From Nematocida ausubeli (Eukaryota): a DNA stretch of 64,000 nucleotides. The notes below the pieces were generated by a model. It searched no databases. It was not told where the DNA came from and worked only from the letters and a program-made list of their open reading frames with translations. Shown piece by piece: positions 1-10,258 of the stretch. A program made the position numbers and the translations under genes. The stretch is from contig NW_026515638.1 of NCBI RefSeq assembly GCF_000738915.1, positions 394,882-458,881 of the forward strand, written 5' to 3'. Every line of letters starts with the position of its first letter. The first letter of the stretch is position 1.

Positions 1-1935
1 AAGATCTAAATATTTCTAGAATAATTTAGAGAATTGGTAATCAGAGCACGCCATGAAGAAACCATAAAGGAATGTGTAAAAATAAGCACATGCTAATAAA
101 CACACTCAAACACAATACACTCTGTTTTATACTATTATTCTCTGGCATGAATGATTCCAGCCTGAGAAGTGTCATATAAAAGCACCTCTTTACACTTTAT
201 TGTAGTATTCTTGGGTGTTTCAGCCTTAGATACTAGTTCTGAACAATAAATATACCAGGTCTGCCCGTATGCAGTGGTCTTTCATTTTAGAGGATTTTAA
301 TATTTTCTGTGCTCCTCTTCAAAAATATAAAATACAAACATGTTTATTGGAATGTTCCTACATGAAGGCTTTAATTTTCTATTTTTCAGAAAACGCAGAG
401 AAGAAAAGCAAGAATAAAATACAAGCTGCCAAAAAGTCTCAAACAAAGACAGAAAAACAAATATTTCTTAAAAAGAAAGCCCTCATAGTTGTAAGAGACT
501 TATTTCTCTTCCCACTCACATATATACAAAATCTCATAATCTGTTTATTTATGCACTTGGCATAGCTAATCATTAAGGATCTTATTAAGCCAGTATAAGC
601 CAAATGTACTAGCACACTTTTTGGTTTCAGATTGCAGTTTCTTAGCTTTCATATACTGTTTCATATCACATGATGCATAATTCTAGCATAAGCTTGTTTA
701 AGATGGGTTTTTCCAGAGAAAACAGCTACAACTTTAGCCATATGTATTAAAAGTACTTTCGATTAAAGCTCAAGTTCTTTTTATTTTTTGTTCACTAGAC
801 TTCTCGCTAGTGCTGAACTACTTACAAGCTTGCCAGTTTTATTATAGAAATCACTTAATCCACTATAGATTTTAGAAGAAATAGAAAGCATATTTTCTGG
901 TATTAGGCTTCTGTAATTTCTTTTCCATAATACTTTATTGAAGAAGAGTAGAATTTCATTGAAATAGTATTTTTTATTTCGATTAACGTTGTTTCTAAGC
1001 AGATTCATGGTAGAATCTTCAATCCTTTTAGAAAAATGTGCAAATAAAGATTAATTCATCTGCATGGTGATAAAAATGTAATTATCATGCATTTTAACAC
1101 AATTAAATGTAATGAAAATCTATTTAACCATTATACACGAGCATTCAAAACTCAGGATATTTATAGATTAGTTCGCTTTAGTATTAGAGTAAAGGACCTC
1201 CTCAAATTCTAAATGTTTATACAGTGATAGTCAAATAAAATTTAGAATATTTTTCCTGCTTTCTTCTTTCTTAGAATTAGTCTGGCACTTCGAATAGGAC
1301 GGACAAAAGGCAAAATATCTGGCGCGCTATAGAGAGCAATATTCCTGCAAAGAAATAGTAGTCTAGAACCTACAGAGTATTTATTTTGGATGTTTTATTC
1401 GTATATCTTTGCATATGCGCTGTGGATATTTCTTTTTGTACTTGGTTTGTTCTTGGTAATTGGCATATACTGCTATTTCAATAGTCTCACATGATTACAT
1501 AGTGCTTCTTTGATTTGCAGATTTTCTGGTGGTATTTTCCTTTATACTAGGAGTCTCTTGGCCTCGTATCTAAAGACAAGTAGGAGTTTTACTGCAGCAA
1601 GGCTTAAGAATTTTTAGTGTATTTCTTTCTAGATATCTTGACTAGAACTATTATGAATAGAAAAGTTATGATTTATGCTAAATAATCTATTTAGATATTA
1701 CAACTAGAAAGAATACTCTTCATCTCAAGGTTTATAAATTTCTGCTCTCATCTAAGAGAATAGTATACTATTATGAACATCATTATTGGTAAGCAAAGTA
1801 GTTTAGTTATGACTATTTTACGACTTTTTCAGAAATTGAATTTCTTGGAGTATTTCTAAAATTACTACTTTCACTAAGTATTGCAGGCATTTTAAGATCT
1901 CTTCAACAGAAGAAGCATATCTTAAATTCATGGTT

Positions 1936-3606
1936 TCATTCTGCTTCTATTTTTAAGAAAGTTTTTAAGCAGTTATAGACATCTTTAGCCTTAGAATCAT
2001 TTATCTCTACCATTTTCTCCATTTTAACTAACTCTTTAAACACCTCATCATATTTTTCGATATAATCTAGATTTTCAGCAGTTGTTTTAGATAAAATGTC
2101 CTGTAGTTCGGAAATTTTGTTGTAGGCATCTCTATTATCTCTAGATAAGTCGATTATCTTTTTTTCTTGGAGTATGCGATCATCATGTAAGAACTGTTTT
2201 GTCAATTTAACATGTCTATCCAACGCTGCACATCTGTCTTTAAATTCACGTCTTCTCGCTTTTTGGTTTCTAGCATCTCGAGTTTTTTTTTCATTTTGTT
2301 GTTTCAAATATTCAATTTCGACTATTAGTTCGTTTATGGTTTCGTCTTTTCCCTCTATAAATGCATCGTGATCACTTTTATTAATTAACATCTTCTTATT
2401 CAGCAATAGATCTATAACAGTATCAATATTATTTTTTTTTACATAATTAAGTAATTCATCTAATTTTTTCATATTAATAGAATTTTCGTCTAAAATATGT
2501 TTAATATTAGAATCTATATATGGTAACATTTTTAAAAAATCGTCAGAACTTTTCACAGAATCAGTTACTTCTTTAAGAATACTATCTGAAGTATTGGCTT
2601 CTTCAGCAAGTTTTTTTTCAATTTCACTTTTTAGATCTATTGGAATGCGTTCTTTTATAGAATACAATATATCCAGAATAGCTTGTTTAAATTTTTCATC
2701 TTCTCTTTTTTGTTCTAGTTTTTCTTCTTGCAGTATTCTTTCTCTTTCTTGCTCTAATCTTTCTTTTTCTTGCTGTAATACTAATCTTTCTTGCTCTAAT
2801 ACTAATTGTTTTCTCTCTTCTTCTAATCTTTCTCTTTTACTTTCTTCTATATCTAATCTTTGTTCTTCTAATATTTTTTCTTGCTGTTTTGCTATTTTTT
2901 CTTGATATTCAAGTATTTTAAGAAGTTTTTGTTTTTGTTTTTCCTTTTCTAATCTTTCAAGGTCATTTTCACCTGTTCTTGTTTCTTCCCTTATTCCATC
3001 ATTATATTCACTAGTATCCTCACTAATATATTGACTATTATGTCTTTTAAATTCTAGGAAAAGTGCTTCTTCATGTGAAATATTTCTTCTTGAATTATTT
3101 TGAGTGGGCACTTTGCTTCTTACTATATTTACCTGTGGGCTAGCACTTATATATACAATATTCTCAGTATCACCCATCTGGTCAAGAGACCTATTATTTG
3201 AAAACATTTGTGCACGATTTTCTTCAATCTTATTCTGGTAATCTGCATTGCAAGTCATTCTATATGGCTGTGGCTGTGATTTGTAGATTATATTTTCTAT
3301 TCTCTTTCTAAGAACTTCTTTCGACTTTTTGTTGTATAGGCTAATTAATTTTTTACTGTCTGTGTGTGCTCTTTTTCTATTGAAAGTGGAACTGTAGTCT
3401 TCCTGTGGAAATTGCATATTTGAATTTTCACTGCTTATAGGACTGTAAGAATCCGATGTACTACTAGTCTCACTAATAAATTCTATGTCTTTTAGTAATA
3501 TTTTCTGGTCTTTTCCTTTTCCTTTCCTTCTTACAGTAAAGATATATCCAAAAAGTAAACTATCCAATATAAGCATGGTTGTTATAATTCCCTTTAAAAA
3601 TCTCAT
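1936..3606 (-). CDS. Hypothetical protein with N-terminal hydrophobic segment and long E/K/Q-rich coiled coil (556 aa)
   Basis: Long ORF in very AT-rich DNA. N-terminus MRFLKGIITTMLILDSLLFGYIFTV, followed by LEQERERILQEEKLEQ-type heptads. No family recognised. Confidence 0.7.
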   Translation of the reverse strand: MRFLKGIITTMLILDSLLFGYIFTVRRKGKGKDQKILLKDIEFISETSSTSDSYSPISSENSNMQFPQEDYSSTFNRKRAHTDSKKLISLYNKKSKEVLRKRIENIIYKSQPQPYRMTCNADYQNKIEENRAQMFSNNRSLDQMGDTENIVYISASPQVNIVRSKVPTQNNSRRNISHEEALFLEFKRHNSQYISEDTSEYNDGIREETRTGENDLERLEKEKQKQKLLKILEYQEKIAKQQEKILEEQRLDIEESKRERLEEERKQLVLEQERLVLQQEKERLEQERERILQEEKLEQKREDEKFKQAILDILYSIKERIPIDLKSEIEKKLAEEANTSDSILKEVTDSVKSSDDFLKMLPYIDSNIKHILDENSINMKKLDELLNYVKKNNIDTVIDLLLNKKMLINKSDHDAFIEGKDETINELIVEIEYLKQQNEKKTRDARNQKARRREFKDRCAALDRHVKLTKQFLHDDRILQEKKIIDLSRDNRDAYNKISELQDILSKTTAENLDYIEKYDEVFKELVKMEKMVEINDSKAKDVYNCLKTFLKIEAE

Positions 3607-4976
3607 TTCTTATTAAAGGCTGCGCCATAAATGTATTTATAGATATAAAATCACGCAATAAATATTTACATAAGCATCAAATACAAACACAATACAAACA
3701 ATTAAATGTTATTGAAATAATCTGTCTAAAATACCATTAAGCTTCCTTTTTGAATGCCATAATATTCTTGAAGTATTTGTTATTTTTGATTTCTCCCAGA
3801 ATGTGAAAGGTAAATGTGTTAATTCTTATGTGTAAGTGATTTTACTTACTATTTTGCTCAATAGACATTTTGTAGATATACGTGTATTTGTGACATAAAA
3901 TCACATGAACAACTATTTCTATTGAAATAAGGCTATTCATTACTTTTCATAGTACTTTTACCAAGTGCTTTATTTTTTCTCTAGGAATAAGCTACTACAC
4001 TGGGGACATCTATAAGCTACAGAACTGTTTCTAAAATAAAAGGCATATGCACTGTATACTCTATTCAGTGCTTTAAGATATGTTGTAAATACATTTATAT
4101 TAGTATTTATATAACCAAAGCACATTGAAAGCCTTTAAGCCTGGCAGTCAAATAGAAATAATTGGTATAGTCCTGTAAGAGAGAACATGGGTGTTGATTA
4201 TTTAGTCTACCTTTCATGGTTAGTAGAGTTTTATGTATATTCTCTCTGACAGTTTTCTATTCAATAAATATATTTTTCATTAAAAAGCCTTTAACTTACT
4301 TACTTCAGGTGAGAGTGAGCTTAGAATATTTATAACGTGTGGTGATAGAATATGCTGCATAGAGTAAAATAAACTGTATTTCAGGCTTGTGCCTATTGCA
4401 ATATATGCGCCTGTATAGAATAACTAATTATGCAAGAATAAAATCTAGTGTACGCATGTTTTTGAGATATTCCTGTAGGAAATTCTGGTTATATTCGGGT
4501 TATTTTGTGCTATGAGAATTTTCATGAACTCTTTCACTTTCACTTTTATTTTCATTCGTGTGTGAGTATGAGATAATTTCTGTGTTAAGCAGTGCGTACT
4601 TAAGGAATACTCAAGGAAGACCATCTACTATATAATGTGTGTGGTGTAATATTAAATAATAAAGTGCATTAGGGCAGATCCTTAATGTATACCAGAATTC
4701 CAGAAAATGTTCATGTTTGTTTCATCTACGTATACAGAAAGAAATAATTGTATTTTGCAACTTTGAAGTCAAGAATATTTCATAGAAGTACTCCTGTCTT
4801 AGAAAGAATATGCACTGTATCTTTATGCAGAGTATACAGTGAATAATATTATAATTTCCTACATGCAGCTGACCCGGATCTGCTGCACTTTGCAAAACAA
4901 AGTTTATCCCAGACACTTCAGAAGGTGGACAGAAGAAGGTTTAATAAATATTTATTCCAACTTAATGCAACTTGCA

Positions 4977-7694
4977 TTAGAAGTATCTAGGCCAATTCCT
5001 AGAATTATAGTGTATCCCCAGTCTGACAACTTCTGCATGAATGGCATCAAACTTCTCTGCATTCTTTGGGTCACGGGTTGGGTCTTTCCGCATGATATTC
5101 AATACATTCAGGACACTGCCAAAATTATCAACTGTACTTATCTTATCTGAATTGTACAAGAAACTGCCTGAATGAAGATTACTGTATGCGTCTTCTACAA
5201 CTTCCCAGATTATAGGGGTTTGCTCACATACGTATACAAACCATGCAGCACTCACAAGCTCATTCATGTAATTTTTCCGTGCAGAATGCGTAAATATATA
5301 GTTTTTTATCTTTTTTATATGTGTTAAGCTTCCTTCCCCATATAATATGCTAAATATTTCATTTGCATTTTCCTTTTTCATTATGGGACAGCTGAAAGAA
5401 ATCGAGAGATTTTCGAGTTTTATGGAGACCTTCAAGCACTGGACAAGAAACTCTGGTGAATTTAACTCCACTATATAATGGAATATTCCACTGATTTCAT
5501 TACTCTCTGAGGCTCTTTCCAAATATATACTGTCATCAATGAGGATTGACGGGTAGCAAGACAGGTAGGCTTTAGTGTATACTAAGCTAGGGAAAAACTC
5601 TTTTTGTGTTTCTACATCCCTCAGGGGCACACTTCCAAGTATGTTTGATGTAAATCTTATAGCTGGATGCTCTGGGCTTAGGTCTTGATCATGTGCATAT
5701 ATTAAAGTGCATGCTACAAGTTCTTTTTTGTACGGAATTCCTTCAATTGGTGCTTTCATCAATAGTCTATCTATACTTTCAAATTTATCTGCAGATATTC
5801 TTATAATTGTCTTTCTGTGGACTAAATCTGTACTTTGCATGATATTTGCACTTTTTAGGATAAAACTGGCATATTGTCTAATTAAGTACCCTAGAAGTGT
5901 CTTTTGTGCTTTAATTATGTGCTTTATATTCAGAAGGCTTTCTTCCATTTTCTTTGGAAAACTAGATTTATCAGAGACCAAGGAAAGAGAAGCATGTTGT
6001 GGCTTAATTTCCAGTAGAATTCCCTTGGTTATTTCACCAAGTGAGTACTTCAAGAATATTTTCCCAAAAAGATCTGTTTTTCCGTCTGACCTCTTTCCTT
6101 CATTTAGGAAAAATTCCACCTTAAGAGAACTATCTCTAGAGAGAAGTTTAAAAAGGTCTTCAGCATATATCCTTATCTTTCTGCATACATCCCAGTTTGT
6201 AATGCTTTCTGCTTCTGTGATTTCTTCTATAAATTCCTGAAGAATTTCTTTGTCTCTTTCATAAACCCCAGATATTTCTGCAATGACAACCAGCATATTT
6301 ATAAGACCACTTCTAAGCTCATTTCTGTCTTTCACATAAGCAATCTCCGGTGCACTCAGATCTGAAACCACTCGATTCCAGGTTTTGTGCAGACTAAAGT
6401 CAGTGTATGTGAATGGCACAGAGTATGAATGGAAGAAATCCTTTAAACTAGAAGATGCTTCAGGAATGTGCTCTGTGGTATAAATGCGAGCAGATGCATC
6501 GTACACAAAGCAGCAGAATATTCCAAGCAGACCTACCTCCACGCAGTTGCTAAAATTCATTCTTTCATCATTTATGAATGTATCTGACTTGCGAATGTAT
6601 ACGGGAACACTTCTGTATGCAGGAATCTGCGCACTATCAGAAAAGGGAATGGGCCTATCCGAATCAACAATCCTCTCTATTTCCAGCAAAGCATCCACAT
6701 AGTCAGTTCTACTGCAATTATCATGCGAAACAGCAGATACAAAGCATCTTTCGAATAGATCAATTGCAATTTGCATATTCTCTTCATTGCCACTTTCATG
6801 CACATCTTCAATCCACTCAGAAAGTATTTTGTGCACTGCATGAATAAACCCTTCTGTTGCTTCCAAACTGTCTATGAACTCAAATATGTATGACTGTATC
6901 ATAAACTTAGTGCTGTTCAGAAAGTTCCCTGTCTTGAAATCCTTGTACGAAATTGGTTCTGAAAACTCACCCCCTTTCTTTAACAGATCACACCCACAGT
7001 TCGTTATAAAAAAGTTCATGAGTTTTAGGGCTTCAGACAGAAAGACAGATTCACTAGCCTGGTTGCCCTTGGTGTTTTCTTGGAGTCTTAAAGGAAGCAC
7101 AAAGTATAAATCATTTTTTCTTCTCAGAAATACTGCTTCGTCTTCTTGGCTGTACTCAACTGGAAGAGAAATTCCCTCAGAGAGTAGTAATAAGGAGGCA
7201 AGAAGTGAATTTATCTGGGACTTATCTTTGATAGACCGGAGAGCTCTAATAAAGGAATTATTTCGTCCTGTTTCTATGGACAAGTCACCAGATACAGAAG
7301 GGAACATCCAAATTAGGCTTCTGCTGTATCTGTAAATATACTCCTGGCTTTCATTCCCTGCACTTTTTGGTGAATATGGCTTGTCTTTAGCAGGATTCTT
7401 TAGAAACCCGTATGTGCTCCATTGCTCAGATGTCTTTATATTCCTGTGATTTATCGATCTCAAGATGTAACTTGTCTCTATTGTTGGTGAAAACAGTCTT
7501 TTGTTATGCACTAGTCTATTTTTACTGTAAAGGTAGCCACGCAGTGGATTAAGAGGGCCTTCTGGGTTTATTGTAAGGTTCCCAAAATGTGCATCTTTGA
7601 TTACTCTCTCATGAATATGCTTAATATCCATCAGTGCAATTTTGGCACATATATGCTGCAACATCAGTAATTTCACTAAATATTGCCAGTTCAT
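4977..7694 (-). CDS. Nematocida large gene family 1 (NemLGF1)-like secreted protein (905 aa)
   Basis: Signal-peptide-like start. Motifs INPEGPLNPLRGY, HNKRLFSP, MFPS..GDLSIE, LASLLLLSEG and FSNCVE match my recollection of this family. Confidence 0.75.
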   Translation of the reverse strand: MNWQYLVKLLMLQHICAKIALMDIKHIHERVIKDAHFGNLTINPEGPLNPLRGYLYSKNRLVHNKRLFSPTIETSYILRSINHRNIKTSEQWSTYGFLKNPAKDKPYSPKSAGNESQEYIYRYSRSLIWMFPSVSGDLSIETGRNNSFIRALRSIKDKSQINSLLASLLLLSEGISLPVEYSQEDEAVFLRRKNDLYFVLPLRLQENTKGNQASESVFLSEALKLMNFFITNCGCDLLKKGGEFSEPISYKDFKTGNFLNSTKFMIQSYIFEFIDSLEATEGFIHAVHKILSEWIEDVHESGNEENMQIAIDLFERCFVSAVSHDNCSRTDYVDALLEIERIVDSDRPIPFSDSAQIPAYRSVPVYIRKSDTFINDERMNFSNCVEVGLLGIFCCFVYDASARIYTTEHIPEASSSLKDFFHSYSVPFTYTDFSLHKTWNRVVSDLSAPEIAYVKDRNELRSGLINMLVVIAEISGVYERDKEILQEFIEEITEAESITNWDVCRKIRIYAEDLFKLLSRDSSLKVEFFLNEGKRSDGKTDLFGKIFLKYSLGEITKGILLEIKPQHASLSLVSDKSSFPKKMEESLLNIKHIIKAQKTLLGYLIRQYASFILKSANIMQSTDLVHRKTIIRISADKFESIDRLLMKAPIEGIPYKKELVACTLIYAHDQDLSPEHPAIRFTSNILGSVPLRDVETQKEFFPSLVYTKAYLSCYPSILIDDSIYLERASESNEISGIFHYIVELNSPEFLVQCLKVSIKLENLSISFSCPIMKKENANEIFSILYGEGSLTHIKKIKNYIFTHSARKNYMNELVSAAWFVYVCEQTPIIWEVVEDAYSNLHSGSFLYNSDKISTVDNFGSVLNVLNIMRKDPTRDPKNAEKFDAIHAEVVRLGIHYNSRNWPRYF

Positions 7695-7786
7695 CCAGGT
7701 AAAAGAATAAAACTTTTTGCAAACATATTATGAAAGACAGTAGACAGAAATAACCGCCTATTATTCAACAAATGTCACCAGACATA

Positions 7787-7857
7787 TAAGATAGATAGTA
7801 AATAGTGTAGTTGTCAAGGGAGATTTATTTTTGTCACATACTCGAATATCTTTGGTG
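7787..7857 (-). repeat. Dispersed non-coding repeat, copy D (partial core)
   Basis: TAAGATAGATAGTA...GTAGTTGTCAAGGGAG...CTCGAATATCTTTGGTG is the reverse complement of the core of the copy at 12580-12896. Confidence 0.75.
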
Positions 7858-8028
7858 TCTGCAGTCTTTCAGGTTATTTTTGTAGCTTCTTTAACTGTGA
7901 AAGAAAAACAAGTAGAAGAGTATTCAGAAAAATACATAGAATAATATGCCTTTTATTATAATAAGACCTTTAGTCTGTAACTACAATAAGCAGAAGCATG
8001 CTTCTTGGAATATATAATAGACCTATAA

Positions 8029-8736
8029 TCACGCTTTAAAGTGATTTAAAATGTGTGCTTTGCGCGTAGCCAAAACCACACATAGCACTATAAGGCAAAT
8101 AACCAATAGAGAGATTCCTAACACCTTTGCATATTTCTTCATGCGCTGATTTTTGAAGATTTTAAATAATCCACTTTCTTGTGCATTATTTGGCCTAACT
8201 TCATACACCAGAAGAGAATTGAAGTTAACTGGGACAAGTAAATTTTCTCTTGCATTTGTAACTGCCAGGAAAAATAACTTTTGCAAGTATTCTTTGCTTT
8301 GTCTAATGTATTCTTGTATTTCCGCTACTGCTTGGGTTTTATGGTTCTCCAGGTCATAAGTCATATATCTCTGTAATTTCCTTCCAAACTCACTGTCCAT
8401 AGACACTTCTTCTTGGATTGTTTGTGTTGCCATATTGTACATGCTATTCTCAAAGTTAGAACTTGCAAACCTCCAAAGATCCTTCATTTCTTCTTCTGAC
8501 ATGTTCTCTCGCATGGTAATAGAACCATTTTCAACACCCTCATGCATTATCTGCCTGAACTCTTCAAAGTTAGTTGGAATAATTAGATCCATCTGCGAAA
8601 AATCTGGTTTTGGGAACTTAGAAAAAAGATCTTCCATGTTTGTGAAGTCTTGTTCTGCAGCATTGTGCATCTTTCTGTAGTACTTGCTTGCACCTGTCTC
8701 TAATTCATTTTTGTTTATTTTGTTGTATGAGTCCAT
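8029..8736 (-). CDS. Hypothetical protein with C-terminal transmembrane helix (235 aa)
   Basis: Clean ORF. C-terminal hydrophobic stretch VLGISLLVICLIVLCVVLA flanked by basic residues. Confidence 0.7.
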   Translation of the reverse strand: MDSYNKINKNELETGASKYYRKMHNAAEQDFTNMEDLFSKFPKPDFSQMDLIIPTNFEEFRQIMHEGVENGSITMRENMSEEEMKDLWRFASSNFENSMYNMATQTIQEEVSMDSEFGRKLQRYMTYDLENHKTQAVAEIQEYIRQSKEYLQKLFFLAVTNARENLLVPVNFNSLLVYEVRPNNAQESGLFKIFKNQRMKKYAKVLGISLLVICLIVLCVVLATRKAHILNHFKA

Positions 8737-9250
8737 AAAGGAGTTAAACTGTTTCTATTTATAGTTGTGATCCGCATATGTTAATAGGCTAATTTAAGTC
8801 CCTTGGAATATAAACTAAATAATTGGTCTCCGTTTTACAGTTTGCCGGGTTATCCTATCACGTGATTTTCCCCTTTCTTTACCGTCAGATCTTCTTAATT
8901 ATCTTTCATCCAGCGTAGATGAAAACACGCCATAATTTGAGAATATCCTGTGCTTAGCATATACAGACAGACTAAAACAGCTCTGTCTATTTATACAGTA
9001 CAACATAACATAACAAGAATTTCCATCTAGAAGTACTCAGAAGAATTTCTTTATGAAACAAACCCTGCAAAACACTACAGAAAGACAAATATGAATATTT
9101 TATATTCAAAGGCAACTATAGCAGATCTATTCGCATGACTACACCACTATGTATATTCCTTTATGTCTGGTGTAAATTCCCAAAAATAAACGGCTTTTAA
9201 TTTAGGATATTTCTAATTAAAATATATATAGTGATGAATGAAAATTTTAT

Positions 9251-9940
9251 ATGTTAGGACTAGAAGAAAGCATCATAGCAGCAAATATTGAAGAAGTTGC
9301 AATTAACAGCACTGTAGAAATAGCCAATCATAATGATCTCCTGATTGTGCAAGATATTAATATAAATGAAAATATTATAGATTCTTTGCATGAGGCAGTT
9401 GAAGAGGCACCCGCACTCCCTGAGTACGAGATAAGTGAACAAGTTACAAATTTCCTTGAGAAGATGCAAATCACTGGCAGTCAGATCCTTGCTAGTGAGT
9501 ACACCTCAGTTGATGGACTAATTGAGAAGCTACAATGCATTTTAGTAGATAGAAAGTTCCTTCTAACAAAGAATGCATTTAACTCAGCCACTGAATACTT
9601 AGAAGAGTATAAGGAGTTCATTGACTCATTTGAAATGAGCATAAAACAAGAAGGACCCGAAGTCATCTCTGAAATTATCATTAGATTAAAGGAAGGAGCA
9701 CATGCTCTTAGTGAACTAAATGAAGAGTCTATCTTAAGGATATTTTCATCTGTTTCTGTGGCAGATGTGGAGTCTCATATAAATGTATGCGAATTAGTCG
9801 ATGCCATTGCCTCCCATGAAAAAGATATTTTAAGCCGTATAGGCAGTATGGGCATGAAAGTTGCAAATTGCATCCCAAACTTTGCTGATGAAATAGTGGA
9901 TGTAGCTGTCAATGCTATTAACCAGAATATTGTAGAGTAA
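9251..9940 (+). CDS. Hypothetical acidic, I/E/N-rich protein (229 aa)
   Basis: Clean ORF preceded by AT-rich AAAATTTTAT. No family recognised. Confidence 0.7.
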   Translation: MLGLEESIIAANIEEVAINSTVEIANHNDLLIVQDININENIIDSLHEAVEEAPALPEYEISEQVTNFLEKMQITGSQILASEYTSVDGLIEKLQCILVDRKFLLTKNAFNSATEYLEEYKEFIDSFEMSIKQEGPEVISEIIIRLKEGAHALSELNEESILRIFSSVSVADVESHINVCELVDAIASHEKDILSRIGSMGMKVANCIPNFADEIVDVAVNAINQNIVE

Positions 9941-10258
9941 GAATGTGAATATACAGCAGATATTCTTCTGTTTTCACAGTTAGAATACGTATTTTTGTAT
10001 GCGCTTAATAAAGAACTTTACAATGATTTATATAAAATTACAAAGAATCTGTATTCTATTGCCTCTAGCAGATTAATTAAATATTTATAGTGTACCACTG
10101 TAGATTGTGCATATACTTAAATATAACCTGTTTATATCTTTGTTTTATACTGCTCCATTACTCTATATATTTTCTGTACAGTAAGTACTGCATATGTGAA
10201 AAATATTCGAAAATAGAAAAGACAGAACGAGAACATAAATTATAATTTTTATCCAGCC

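Noticed and set aside
269..1008. Short ORFs 269-565 and 781-1008
   Set aside because: Low-complexity K/N/F-rich translations with no family similarity. At best decayed fragments.
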